Origin: Antedon mediterranea
Taxonomy: Eukaryota > Animalia > Echinodermata
Assembly: GCF_964355755.1 (NCBI RefSeq)
Contig: NC_092672.1
Coordinates: forward strand, 10,354,001-10,418,000
DNA: 64,000 nucleotides
Reading direction: 5' to 3'
A program made the translations under genes and the position numbers. Below, piece after piece: positions 37,301 through 50,300 of the stretch. Numbering within the stretch: the stretch's first letter is position 1; each line of letters starts with the position of its first letter. The notes beneath the pieces are model-generated. The model was not told the origin of the DNA. It saw nothing but the letters and a program-made list of their open reading frames with translations, and searched no databases.

Positions 37301-40300
37301 AAACATTTACTGATTTCCCTTAACTCATTAGGAGATAGAGAAACAAAATGTTTTCTTCGAGATTACATTAATAGTATCAAATTCAATTGTAATAGGGTAA
37401 GCACACTTTCTATTAATTACCATGTATTTATTATATTATATTAGGCTACTTGTATTTATATAAACAAACAAAATAAAGGTAAAGTTATTTTACAGTACTC
37501 TACTCTGTAACAGCATACCTCAAATTTAAAATAAGATAATGCAATTTATTATCGATTGTTGTATGATGTCACAACTCTGAAACTACCCGATTCTCATGGC
37601 TGTATCTCCACATATATTTGTTAATACAGCATCTCATTTGTATCACATGTATCCGTGTAAGTTTAGGTTTAGGGCTAGGTTATGGATATTATACCGTACT
37701 ACTAGAGGACACATGTGATGTTGTAGGCCCACTACCAAATATTCCTATGATAATATTGGAGAAATACAGATACAGCACTGAGCAATGGTACGGACACTGT
37801 ATATGAAGGATGAATACAAAAACATTCTCTTTTATTTTTAATATAGTTATTAAATATTAAAATAAACACACTAATAAATTTGGATTCGCGTTGTAATAAA
37901 ATTTTGGAAGCACTTAAAAACTCAAAAACGAATAGCAAGAACGATATCACGAGATTGCCTTCGGAAACTGTACATTCATAATGAATTAACTTCAGCACAC
38001 TATTTAAGTTATCTGGCACATTTATCAGAAACAAATATTCCCCTTGTATATCAAGCGAGCGTCCTGATTAAACGAACGTATTTATCAGGTTCAATAGACA
38101 ATTAAGGTATAAACTTATTAATTAATGTGATAAGGATATTAATGGATTTATATCGTTCGTTTTTTCATTGGAAACGGTGGCCGGGTGTATAGGACAGCTG
38201 GTCAGTTTTCATTATTCTCAGAAAAAACTGTCGATCAGGTTATGGAACTATACATTATCTGTCTGAGATTATATTCGATGAAAGATATCCGTCGCCAAAC
38301 TTATTACTCAATTATCTTATTTTCCAACCAAAATTCAGCTTGTAAATCAGGACAAAAAATCCGTGTGGTTTATGATATTAATGCAAATTGTTTGTTTTGC
38401 CAAGTTCCAATATGCTCTAACAATCACTTGTACCACAGGCATTGCAATTGAAATTAATTTTTGGAATGCTGTAATTGTTTTTACTTGTACCTCTTGACTT
38501 CCCAAGTCAAAGGGAAAGTAACAGACGAAATTGGGTATATATAACATTATTTTGTTCAAACGATAAAAATTCAACCACTTCTCGAATTTCTGAACTATAA
38601 AGTATTACTAATTTCAATCGGAAGGACATGTCGTTCTCCTACCTGTCGTGTAGCAGCGCACCTTCTACGTAAATTTTAAATTACATAATAATAATAATAA
38701 TAATACCACATTTATATAGCGCCCTTTCATGAGTAATCATACTCAAAGGCGCTTTACAAGGATTATTACCCCAGTATTTTTTGGGATCAAACACGTATGG
38801 AAACATACTCCCATAATGCAGCCGGTAACCAGCGCAAAGTTGTGTCTAGATCTAACTGGGTACCCATTTATACACCTGGGTGGAGAGAGGCAACGTAAGT
38901 AAAGTATCTTGCCTACGGATACAAGCAATGCGGCGAGAGTTGGATTCGAACCTAGGTGGTAAAAGCACATGAATTATGCCTTAAATCAACTTACATTATG
39001 TAGGGGGAAAATGAAAAAAAAAATCATATAATCCATTCAGGTCTTTAGTTTAGTTCATAAACTTGTTTAAAGTGTGATACCATTATGACAAAATGTTTTA
39101 GTTAATGACAAATCAATATTACTGTGAATAACTAGCGCAAAAGTATTTTTTTTAATGGTGATACATAATATAGATCTAAAGACTATTTGAATCTTTTTGA
39201 ATTTACCTATCATAGCCTTAATTATCCACAGTTTCAAATAATACATTCATAAAGCATCACTGGAATTTATGTGGTTTGATCTGTGAGGAATGTCTTATTT
39301 TTTACATTTCCCTGGTTTGAGTTTTACCATTCACCGAAATATTTTGAAATCAGTCCCGAAGAGTAACATCCTCGTCGGTGTGTCATCAAGACTTGTACCC
39401 ATCTGATAGGCCTACGTGGAGGAGCGTGTCGATGAACTAGGCTATAGTTCAATCGAGTTGTCGTGAGTAATCTTCTGATTTTCTTTCCTTCTTGGAATGG
39501 CTACCCCAAAAGTCTACAAGCCCAGCTTCGAATATTCTAAGCCGAACGTGTTGTGAGGCTTTTACGTTAGGCATGCTCTGGAATAATTTTACTTACCTGG
39601 GATAAAAAGATTTAAGGCCTACATGATTTTTTAAATATTGAAAATTCTTTGCTTTGTGGCTGTCATTTGTGTTTTTTAAGATATAGAATTATATAAATAA
39701 ACTACACAGTAAGTAGGCCTGTTATCAGTGAATCGTGACCGTCTTGAACCAAAGACCTTCAATAGGAAGGTAAGCATATTAACGACCAATCCTAAAATGT
39801 CATCACTTTTACTATATCAGCATTGAGTGATAAACGCAGACATTTAAACGGTGTACTTCTTGACATTTCCGATCAGTTCCTTCGACGACTGATATGGTCA
39901 AGCCTACTCCCCGATCAAACCACGATAAGCTCTAATTTAGGAAAAGCGCAGACTTTAGCGTGTAGTGTCCAGTGGACCGGGGGTCAAGTATGTACTTTTT
40001 TCGGACACACCTGGTCAAAATCGACAGATCTATTAAGGATACATTAATAATTAAGTGACCAAAAACGCTCGTTTAAATTAGCCTTGATCTGTGTACAATG
40101 CAATTTGTAACCGTAAAGAAAGTAAAACAAGTTCCGAAAGAAACCTCGAATTCTCCAAATTTATCAATCCGTAATATCATATTCATATGATACTTATGCA
40201 TTACAAAAAAATGCATGTTCCATATTTTATATATAACCAACTGGAGCGCTCGCATATACTAACAATAATCCAATAATCAAAATATTAAGGTGTTTTAAGG

Positions 40301-43300
40301 AATTGAAATAGCGCATTGGGCCTAAGTAATTCTATTTTAAAGTTATAAACACTTGTTGCTATCTTCAAAGAAACTACATCTACTACTTTGACAGTGTGAT
40401 GAGCCCAAATATGGTAGTGCTAGTGCTATGGCATCATTTTTGTTTGTCATATAAAGTTTGATCATGGAGGTAAAAATTAGATTTTATACCTCCATAGTTT
40501 GATAGTGTAGACAGAGCTTAAGAGCGAAAGTTTGAAGATAAAAAATCAATAATTAGGTCAAAATGAATAAAACAGCAGCAAAATATAATACCAGTTGATA
40601 ACATAATAGACTTACCGTTTTCTAAAACGTTTCCAAAAACTGCGTTGTTGTGTGCATCAATAGTTGAACAGTTCCAGCGCCTATTGGCGAATTGAAATTG
40701 ACACTCGTGTATCGCGTTTACCGCTCCACCGCTGACGCTTTTCATAACCTCCGCGTTACGCTTACATATCTGTACCTGTTTGTTTATCAAGCCTGGTAAA
40801 TTATCACAGTCCGATGTTTTTATTGAAGATATACCCGAGGCGTGGATTGCTGACAAAGCCCTATAATTTAAACATGATAATAGATTAATTATAAAAGAAA
40901 CCTCAACCTTGCTTTCATCAGTACTTTTCCTGATCGATCTTTTTTCGTTCATTACTCTTCCCTCTTTCTCACATTTTACATTTCAAAAACATTATTAATT
41001 TAAAAACTAATGGCATAATCATAAAAACACAATAAAACTTTGATTGAAACATTTATACTTCTACAATATACAAAGTTTCTTGTCTCGTGCTAAAAAATAA
41101 ATTGGCCTAAAATTTGGAAAAAAAAAATTTTTTTTAAATGCAGTACTTTACACATTTTGCAATTTTGTTGCATAATCAAATTTTTAATTAATTAAAAATT
41201 ATAAATTTTAAGGTAAAATTGATTTATCATTTATTGTGATTAAGTATATTCTATTTTCGTGGACCTGTAACAAATAAAATGTTTAGTTATTTTAACTAAA
41301 TTTATTTCTCTACAAACAATGTATAAATCCTATCTTTCTCGCACAAAGTAAACCAACACCTATCTCACTATATTTTCTTTTAGTTTAAGCCAAATTTAAT
41401 GTTTTAAAAATAGATCTGTAGTTTTCTATCCATCTTCGTCTTTACGTTCACGTAAATACGATAAAGTAATACATTTCTACATTGATGTTCTAATACAATT
41501 ATGTCAACTTATGAAATATATGTGTCATAATGCAATACAATATTGTACACATATATAACCAATTAAACGCTCTAGATTCATAAATTTCTTGAAGACTAAT
41601 ATATTGATTTGTGTGACTAGTTTCGAAGGGAAATAAATATACACGAATTATACAGTGTATTCCAAATAAGCATAGCGTTGGCATAACACTACACGTGGTA
41701 TATGACACTTATTTGGCATTGTTTTACATTGTTTACAAGAATAAAAATAGTTTATCCAACCCAAGAGGATAGTAAATGGTCTTTACATGTAAACAAGTTT
41801 ATTTGTTTGACCCTATAAAGTTGTTAACAAATTACGTCCGTTTGGTCAATGTGGTTAAAGGAAAGTTGTAGGTGACATTAATCTGGACTCATAAAACTAT
41901 AAAATACGTCAATGTGTGTAGACTTCACATTCCACGTCTTCCTAACATGAGAATGACAATTATTACAATATAAAGACAGAGCAGACTGATGAAATTCATC
42001 TACCAAAATGTTACGTAATAATGTCGATTCGGTCAAAAAAAGAAAGAATGAGAGAAATTAATTATTTTCAAAATGAGGGAGGTCAAAACAGTTAGTAATC
42101 TCTCACTATTTGCTATTTTACATTTTTAAGAAATAATTGTGTTCATCATTCGTTATACCATCGTATTCGTAATTGGATGACCGCAATCGCTACCGTAAAT
42201 TATACATTGTCGATATGACCCAAGAAACAGCTAACAATAAAGTCACTTCATAAAACAAAATAAATTCCGGATTTCATTCCATTTTTTTTTCTATTTGGCC
42301 TAAAATCAAAAAGACGATGGTTATTTCTGGATGTAAATATACCTTACAAACGTTTTAGACATTTGATAACGGATTAGGGTGGTACAAAAGAGGAAGTATA
42401 TGTGGAGAGATGTATAGGATAAATGCCACTCAATCACCACTCCTGACTGCGCTAATTGGGTTGCTTTGGTTTGTTTTCACGACAGTTATACCATTCATCA
42501 CGGTAAATACTAAAAGAGTACAGTAAACACTGACAATTGCACGTTTACGTTAAAACAACTTAAAACAATCAATATTACAACGAAATAATTAGTTTAGCTT
42601 TAAACGAGGTCTCTGACAACCAATTTATTTTAAGACGGTCTATACTTGCGCAATATTAAAGAAACTATAAACGGCTCATGGGAATTAAACAAACAACATT
42701 GCTGTATCGTCTCTGGACTGGCATGTTGCATAATGTTATTTTTAATGTAGGCCTACAATAGAATAGAGTATCAACTGCGGCATGAATCCGGGACCGATTT
42801 CAGAAATGCATAGTTTAGTCGCGGTGTGGTATCGACACACTTTGGAGAACTAATTCGCTCAGATATAGTGCGTTCCGTTGCTTCGTTTTGTGGTGGTACC
42901 TTGTCAGTTGTATTATCGGAATTGTTAAGAGGCATCAACAAGTCATTACTAGGACATATCCGCACTGAGCGTTTTTACCACGATCATTCCGGTCATTTTG
43001 ATATCCCATGTAGCCTTATACTGTATGGACACTGCAAAACTGTGTTTATAACAAACACTCTCTATTAAAATATAGATAATCTATAGGCCTACTAATTGAA
43101 ATACATAATATTCATTCCATGTTTAGATATAATTTTTTTTAAAGGAAAGTGGAAATAAGAAAATACAACATCAAATACAAAACTATTGTTTTCTTTTAAG
43201 CCATAACGAACTACTATTTAAGTTGAAGATTAGTGTAAATTATGAGTACAGGTTGTGGGGTTACCGCTGGCATCCATATAGCATTTTAAATCAGTTAGTT

Positions 43301-46300
43301 AGCGTCTGATTCTGCTTGTACTAAATCTTATTCTGATTGTTTTGCTAAATAACTATAGAGTACAGTGCTGCTCGAATCTGTTTATAGTTACTTTCAAGTT
43401 CCGGTAGTTAATCGCGATGAAATTCTACTTAACAAAGATATTAATGTCAAAAGCGTGGGGGTGTGCATGGTATGGTAGAAGAAAAATCACGATTAGTACC
43501 TTTTAGGTTAAATGAGCGATTTTACACAACGGTATGTTAACCCAAATAAAATCCATGTTAATTTCACCACTGGGACTCAAATGTTCTCAGTGGGAATAGA
43601 TGTAAAGAGTTATTTCTTGTTTGTACTTAAAACTTATTGTCAATTATCGATAGGCTAACACTTAGACCCTGTTCAGACCCATGGCGTTAGACCGTTTTAG
43701 CGTACAACGTTACTATCAAGGTCACGTTACAAACCGCAGAGAAAAAAACGAGGTGTTCAGACCCATAGCGTACGATTATCGTTACAACGGAAGTACGTCA
43801 TCCAGGTTGTTTCTAGTTGCATATTCATGTACTCTTACCCACGTGTTTTCATCATTATTTCCACTGTATATAGGCCTAGATCTCAGCCCTACAATTATGA
43901 CAAAATTTGCCGTAAATAAAACATACCTCAGCATTTATTTAAGAAAAATATAGTAAAGCCAAATTTCTGTTTCTATTGTTTTTATTTTGTTTGTAGTAAA
44001 AAACATTTTCCCCAGGCTCTTGTGTTACGAAAATAAAGCAGGCCTCGTAATGATGAAGAAAAAAATGATTGTGATTAGTCTATCCAGTCCAGTCAAAGAT
44101 ATATATTCTTTGGTCCAGTCGGTTCAAAATAACCCTTAACTTGCTAATAAAAGGGACAGCTCCCCTTGTTTGTTTACTGATTTTTTTAGGAGTTAGGGGG
44201 TTTTCAGCATTAAACTTGTCCAGTCTAGTCTGCCTTGTATGAATGAGTGACTTGATGTCCCAGGCTAGTTTTTAGCTTGAATGAAATGCGTGAATGGCTC
44301 TAGGCCTAGCTAGGCCTAAAAGTGGATGGGATCGTAGTCCCTATGTTTAAATACAAGGTGCATGTATTTATGTCATTTGTTAGAAAATATAATGGTAATC
44401 AGTTGATAGTAGTTTGTAGCCTTTGTAACAGTTGTATTTGTAGTTTAGTTAGGCCTTATTTATTCTGGCCTTTTTGTTATTGAAATCCATCTCACACATT
44501 GACGATACAAAAGATGTCAGCCTAGGTCAAACCTTGTTTCGCGTCATAACAGGAAACGTTCTGATTGGATACAACGTTGACTTACAGTAGCGTCGTACGC
44601 TAAAACGGTACTATCAACCGTTTTCCACTACAACGCTACAACCGTTGTACGACGCGTTGTACGCTAATCCCCAACTGTTCAGACACACATTCTTTTAGCG
44701 TCGTACGCTAAAACGGTCTAACGCCATGGGTCTGAACAGGGCCTTAGGGTTTTTTTATTGGGTGATCTGAACTCAGAAAGGTTTTTGGGGCAAAAGTTTA
44801 ATCATGTTTACACATTATTTGCGTAACTACTTCTTTACTATCTACATCAAGAGAATTTATGTTAGAAATGGTGACATATTAGATACATTGGTGACATTAG
44901 TGACATTGTTAAGTGGTCACAGTAGGCATTTTTATGTTGTGTGTACGACAAATATAAATCGAACATTGTAAGGATTTCATAAGGTGAAAAAGTGATGAAT
45001 TCATATAAATTACTACCTGTGACCTATGTATGGGAAACACAGTGAATGTTTTAATACCCTACACAGTTTCGTTTTGGAAACTATTTTTAGACAATACACA
45101 TATATATACCGATACTGTTACACTTGTAAAAACCTAACTTTTTAAACTTTTTCCAAACTTTGAGGGCGCCTTCTGTAGGAAAAACACCGCCTCATGACAT
45201 AGTCTAATGTAATCAGTCGTAAACTGTACGCACTATTAAATCCATGTTGTTTTAATGTGACTAGCAATTATTTAATTTCGGACGAAACTTTGTCCAAGGA
45301 CCTTAGTGTAACAATGTATTCGTTTGGATGAAACTAGCTCATGAATTTGTCCTTGTGACAATTTAACCTGCCCAAACCATGATGCACCTACTGTCATTAC
45401 TTATATTTTAGACGTAAGTAGGCTATAATCATGAAAAACACATCAACACTAAGTAATGTGTATTTTTCAAACTATAAATAGAGGCCTTACCCTAATATTC
45501 ATGAATTAAAACAATTTGTTGTTGTTTCTGCAAAAAATTAATGAGTTTCCTCTTTTTCGAAAGACCAGACTGGTAAACAGGAGGCAGCCGCCAAACAGGT
45601 ACTTCTCTTAATAATCAATTAATTTATCGCATACCGCTCATTTTGTATAAAAATCACAAGACATTCGGGCGTGGACTGTGTTGAGATCCACTTTAACATA
45701 TGTCTAATTATTATGAATACCTTCAAATAATATTCTTATACTTATGCATACGCGCTAGATGTGATTAATTTAAAGTGAGCATTTGTCACGAACTTGTACT
45801 TAACCTTATGTTTTAAACATTAATTATTATATACCGGTACCACTACGGAACGACACGATCACAATCTCCAGTCTGTTTCGCAAATATTCGAAAATACCAA
45901 CACATTATAAGCTAATTTTGTTCAAGCTGTAATCTCCATTTTGGAATTAGTTTGAAAACAATGTATACTTTTTATAAGTGGTACGTACATATTAATATTG
46001 ACAGTCGATCAGTGAAAAATACGACCATAAATTGCATAAATTCCACCTACAAGCGACCGTGGCACTCAGACATGGTGTGGGGTCGGTTAAAACAAACCAT
46101 TCACACTAAATTTCAAACGTTACAGCTATTTATTAAAACAGACATTTTAATTACCAGGGTCAATGGTAAAATCATATAAATTCTTGTTTCATTAGCCTCG
46201 CTGTCATCGCGTGCAGTGCGCTTTGATACAGTTGCGTTCCAAGTTATGCAGGCCAACTGACCAATCAGATGGTTAAAGTATCTGCTTCCAACATTACAAT

Positions 46301-49300
46301 TATACCGTTTATAAGTGAAGTCTATATTGGTACGATATTGTATTGCTAGTGTTTGTGTCTGTTTCACAAATACAAATGAAATTACAATAAATTGAAATTG
46401 TAAGATACGATATAAGAACGTTGGTGATGAAATATATTTTCAAAGGACAAACATGAACAAATATATGAGCCTATCACCCGGAATTTATAATGTGTTTTAC
46501 TGTAACAGCAATGCTGTAGTAAATATGTTTTTAAATATATTCTTAACATAATTTATACGGTTTACGTTAGCACCAAGCAGACTGTGTTTATTAAAAGTGT
46601 ACAGGCTTACTAAAATGTTACAAATTTTGTATCAATTGAGTTAGCATGGTCTAATTTCTCTCCTTTAATATTTTAACCTCTTTCTTTGCTTTATTCATAC
46701 TTTAATAGATACCATGTGTTAGGTGAAATAAAATCTAGAAAAATATTATTTCACTACTTCACGCACCAATTTCCGAACCGGATGCACGAGTCAAAATGTT
46801 GAAGAATCCAACGAGCACTAATTATTTAGTACGTTTATTGGGCCTTCTTTTCGATTTATGTTAGCTTAGAAAAGCAATCACTTGTACCACAAGTATATCA
46901 ATAAACCTAGGCTTATTAAACCATCAATACTCTATGATTAATGAATGGTCAGACGCGTGAAATACGTCCTATGGGGAGTACCATTATATCGTGCAATGAC
47001 CCCTAATATTATTTCAAAATAAAACAGGCTACCCTAGATAACAAACGAAAGTATAAAAAACTGAAGTTTTGGACTCTCAAGTGGGCATCCCCGAAGAGTT
47101 TAATATACGTGGAAGTAACACGTAACTATTAGTAACTTATGGTAGTTTTCTCACAAATTAAATACAGAAAATACATATGATGTTGGTCAGAGGCGGTGCT
47201 ATTATTTATGTATTTCGGAAGAGTGATTGTTCTCACAGTACAGTTTATGGAATAATATCCAATGTAAGTAGCCATGCGAATTGATTCATAGCCACCGTCA
47301 TTTTTTCCTTGACTTCCCTTGGATATATTAACATAATTCAAATCATGTGAACTATAAGTAGGGCCTGAATGTGTCCATATCTCTGTGACCGACTGCACTG
47401 GTTCTGATAATACTATTACAATCGAAATGAAATAGTCAGATTAATCGTTCAGAGGCTTTATTCAGAACATAATTTGGCTGAATTTATCGACAGGTTGTGT
47501 TTTATCTGCTAATGAGGAAAACAACAATAAGTCGGAAATTTGCAATATCATTTTGATTATGACGAAGATGAAATGATGACAACGAAGATGCTATATGATG
47601 ATGAATAATGTCGATGAGAAAGATTTGATGTCAATGAAGAAGATGATGTTTTTTTAAGAAGATGATGCCACTGAACTGGTGATGTCAATGAAAACTAATG
47701 ATGATGTCAATGAAGACGGTGATTAAGAAGAGAATGGGATTGCATCGAAGAAGATTATGTCTTCTTAAGAAGAAGATGATGCCAATAAAGACTATTGATG
47801 ATGTCAATGCAGAGGATTATGTCAAAGATGACGATGTCGATTAAGAGAAGAGGATGACATGGCATTGAAGAAGATGATGTCTTTTTAAGAAGAAGATGAT
47901 GTCACTGAAGAAGATTATATCAAAGATGACGATGTTGATTAAGAGAAGAGGATGGCATGGCATTGAAGAAGATGATGTCTTTTTAAGAAGAAGATGATGT
48001 CACTGAAGAAGATTATATCAAAGATGACGATGTCGATTAGGAAGAGGATAGGATGGCATTGAAGAACATGATGTCTTTTTAACATGATGATGCCAATGAA
48101 GAATAATGATGATGTCAATGAAGGAGATGCCACCGATAACGATGTCGATTAAGAAGAGTGGTCTTGGCATTGAGGAAGGTGAGTTCAATGAAGAAGATAA
48201 TCTGATGTCATTGAAGAGGATGTGATGGCATTAAAGAAGATGTCTTTTAAAGAAGATGATGTCAATGAAAAATAATGATGAAGTCGATGAAGAAGATGAT
48301 GTTGCGGGCGTGCCAATAGAGAAGATGTTGGTGATATTGACGACGCAAATGATGATGATTATGATGTTTCTGAAGAAGAAGATAATCAAGATATCAGTAA
48401 TGAAAATAAGGACGTCACGTCAAGATAGAAAGATGGCACGAAGGAGGAAAAGATGACCAATGACGGACATGAGTTGGAGGACTACAGTACGACGGTATAA
48501 CGAAGGCGACGACGGCGTGACGTTGAAAGTAATACGTGGCTATATTCAAACCTGATTCAAACGATATAATAATACTAGCGGAACTTTTAAAGTTCAATTC
48601 AATTAAGCAAATCCAGTTGCATAATTAACACAAATAGCAGGACTATATAAATACCTAAATACCATTCCGACCCGATTACTTGAGTATTAAAAATACATAG
48701 TTGAGCCGCATTGGCGTTTCTTCAAACAGTTACAACAAATTAATTTTAAATCAATAAGTGTATACGTGCACTTGTTACAAGTAAAATACGGGCTGCTGCG
48801 TTCGGGCAATAAATAGACATAAATCATAAAACATAAACTCAATTATACAAACATATGTACATTGCAATTTATCTAGCTGTGTCGGAATCTATATGGATCT
48901 AACGAAGTTACGCTCCTGCTATGCGTTTTGAGAAATCAAATGTATTGTATCTATAAATAGAGAAAGTTTATATTAATAACAAGTAGGCCTACATGTCTAT
49001 AATCTGTTTTTTTTTTACTCCTGTGTGAATCCCGGTGTGAATCCGTGTTTTCAGGCGATGTTACTATCTAGAGTAGGCCTACTATCAACAATTTGTATGA
49101 ATAAAGGTTTCACATTATTCAAATTGCCAGAATGTGTGTAGTGTTGTTGCAGTTTAGCTACCTTCTTCGCTCTAATTTCGATTGAGCATGATACAACGCA
49201 TGGTGAAGTTACTATAATACCAGTATAATAACTAAAGCATGGTCTAGAATAACTACTGTATAATGTTGGTTTAAACTAAACAAATTAACTTAATATTCCC

Positions 49301-50300
49301 TGTACCTTATTTTCTTAAGTAGGTTAGTTGTATAGCAATAGCCAACTGTACTCATCATATCATATTGTATGCTATTAAATTGTGTGTAGCCATTTGCCGT
49401 ATTGTTTATCACATGGATAATCTATGGATTTCTAAACCATACATAGGTTTAGTAAAATGTCTACCCACACGGATACGTAACAAAACCTAGGCTAATCAAA
49501 CGATTATTTAGTTATTGGGACGTACTGTAATATCAGACGTATAGTTATCTGGGCCTAAGTTTTTGTAGATAGGCGATGACAACTAACTTAGGTCTGACTT
49601 CTTAACCTTCGGAAACGTTATAAAACTAGCTATGCATTCCGGTGATATGGGCTATACCTATAAATTGTATTCACAACATAATTTACCCTTCAAAACACTA
49701 ACACAAAAACATAGTAATATATGATCGTTTTATGATACATCAGGGTCGTATGTACAAACCACTGTCATCAATTTACACTGTACCGTAAATACGGTATTAT
49801 TATTATAAACTGACGACGGCATGAAAAGTAAATCAAAACAGGGGTTACGTTTATTTATGCATTTAGTTTTCACGTGGACATAAAACTGTTATATTTTATG
49901 GATTTTCTCCATTTACCAATTTTAGATCGGTGTTTTAACTTCTTTGGGGTCTTAAAAAGGATTGTTTTAAATTGTAAAGACCTTATATGAAAAGACTCAC
50001 TCACAGAAGTTGATAATACGTCAAAACAAACAAAACAAAACAAAACATAAAAATAATAAAGTTCGGTATATATATAAAAGGGTCCCAATTCAATTAGAGT
50101 CTGCTGAAGAGACCTCTCTTGATAATAGAAATAAAAGCTGGAACATTAAATTACAGAAAGAAGTGATGTATTTTAGAATGATAATAAGCAATAAAAACTA
50201 CTTACAACCAGGCACTTGCATTACATCCAACAAGTAGGTAGACGAGTGCAAAAATCCAAAGAAAATATTGTGGTGTAGGCCTATAATATTTCCACTGCAT
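13134..50300 (-). CDS. wnt4: Wnt4 ligand, complete, 5 coding exons, 360 aa
   Basis: Exons 50300-50206, 40860-40616, 17209-16935, 13975-13683, 13308-13134; phases 2/1/0/2 are consistent; 1083 nt. Signal peptide ending ASAWL; Wnt4-typical [79 protein letters not shown]. Confidence 0.95.
13683..13975 (-). CDS. wnt4: Wnt4 exon 4 (lipidated Ser motif [10 protein letters not shown])
   Basis: [25 protein letters not shown]...GSLGTKG; ttcag / gtatgt. Confidence 0.95.
14851..15565. repeat. Minisatellite in Wnt4 intron 3 (GTGGACGTC-cored subunits, 127-bp higher-order period)
   Basis: atgcgtggacgtcctatgtacac recurs at 14918, 15045 and 15172; degenerate units on both flanks. Confidence 0.9.
15590..15699 (-). 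mobile_element. Degenerate fragment of the SINE family seen at 38685-38960
   Basis: Shares attattaccccagt...cgtatggaaacat...cagcgcaaagttgtgtct with 38762-38847. Confidence 0.6.
16935..17209 (-). CDS. wnt4: Wnt4 exon 3
   Basis: [91 protein letters not shown]; tttag / gtaagt. Confidence 0.95.
17279..17405. mobile_element. Degenerate HINE/Helentron-like short element
   Basis: acaaggcca...gcgtgct...(gacc)n-gacatagtga; homologous to 20007-20136. Confidence 0.45.
18085..18265. mobile_element. Palindromic MITE, family A (TIR AAGC[T/G]TGGTTCCCACTAG)
   Basis: The arms are inverted along most of the element, with TA/TWA flanks. Related copies or fragments at ~4399-4562, 17912-18066, 21503-21572, 22676-22820, 22820-22930, 35558-35680, 51749-51826, 52508-52659. 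Confidence 0.75.
18367..18550. mobile_element. MITE, family B (TIR AAAGCTCTGTCTACACTATCAAACT, internal atcactaccatatttgggc repeats)
   Basis: Related copies at ~28629-28783, 33263-33296, 33433-33603, 40375-40519, 53241-53395. Confidence 0.75.
20007..20136. mobile_element. HINE/Helentron-like non-autonomous element with an internal (GACA/GACC)n microsatellite
   Basis: aacaagg start, subterminal agtcgcgtg, tetranucleotide repeat, terminal hairpin agtcgcgtccacgcaact. Confidence 0.55.
22676..22820. mobile_element. MITE family A copy
   Basis: aagcttggttcccacta...ctagtgagaaccaagg. Confidence 0.7.
24022..24378 (-). mobile_element. 5S rRNA-derived SINE-like element (SINE3 type) or 5S pseudogene with a 3' extension
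   Basis: 24378-24269 on - reads TACCACGTTGAAACACCGATTCTCGTCAGATCAAGTTAAGCAACGTTGGGTCTGGTTAGTGCTTGGATGGGAGACCATCTGGGAATATCGGGTGCTGTA, a diverged 5S rRNA with a ~4-nt deletion and no oligo-T terminator. A ~245-bp GC-richer body follows, ending TTAAATAAAATA. Confidence 0.75.
26364..27182. mobile_element. 819-bp foldback non-autonomous DNA transposon, IS3EU-like
   Basis: Termini TATGGAACGCCG...CGGCGTTCCATA; 6-bp TSD CAATGG at 26358-26363 and 27183-27188; ~390-bp inverted arms containing (TTTTGAATGAAATG)n arrays, with a ~30-bp loop. Confidence 0.8.
27252..27288 (-). ncRNA. Minimal type I hammerhead ribozyme motif (Penelope-like element type)
   Basis: On -: GCA CUGAUGA A GGGC-UAGUGUU-GCCC GAAA G CUC UGC. 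Intact core, 4-bp stem II, palindromic AGCU stem III, 3-bp stem I, CUC cleavage triplet. Confidence 0.75.
28629..28783. mobile_element. MITE family B copy
   Basis: aaagccctttctgcactatca...agtttgatagtgtaaacaaatctt. Confidence 0.7.
33433..33603. mobile_element. MITE family B copy
   Basis: aagcc...ctacactatcaaa...cagtgtagacaaagctt. Confidence 0.7.
38685..38960 (-). mobile_element. 5'-truncated tRNA-derived SINE with a CORE-like centre and an L2-like 3' tail
   Basis: On -: B box GGTTCGAATCC (38952-38942), ggcaagatactt...tgcctc...gtataaatggg central block, GGCGCTATATAAAT end followed by (TTA)n. Confidence 0.75.
40616..40860 (-). CDS. wnt4: Wnt4 exon 2
   Basis: [81 protein letters not shown]; atag / gtaagt. 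Confidence 0.95.
43665..44743. mobile_element. PIF/Harbinger-type non-autonomous element (1079 bp)
   Basis: ~40-bp TIRs G[A/G]CCCTGTTCAGACCCATGGCGTTAGACCGTTTTAGCGTAC; TTA TSD at 43662-43664 and 44744-44746; no transposase ORF. Confidence 0.82.
47555..48420. repeat. GAT/GAA-rich low-complexity repeat with a ~98-bp tandem unit
   Basis: gatgtcgattaagagaag-type unit at 47833, 47931, 48029 and 48141; frequent stops in all frames. Confidence 0.8.
50206..50300 (-). CDS. wnt4: Wnt4 exon 1 (signal peptide)
   Basis: [31 protein letters not shown](L); phase-2 donor TT|gtaagt joins exon 2 to give ASAWL (compare vertebrate ASNWL). Confidence 0.88.

Noticed and set aside
39340-39590. RTE-type LINE 5' UTR remnant on -
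   Set aside because: Only a short recalled resemblance (gggtagccattccaagaaggaaag) with no adjacent ORF; too weak to call.
40861-40952. Wnt4 start at the ORF-track Met 40952
   Set aside because: This is intronic read-through with no signal peptide; the true signal-peptide exon is 50206-50300.
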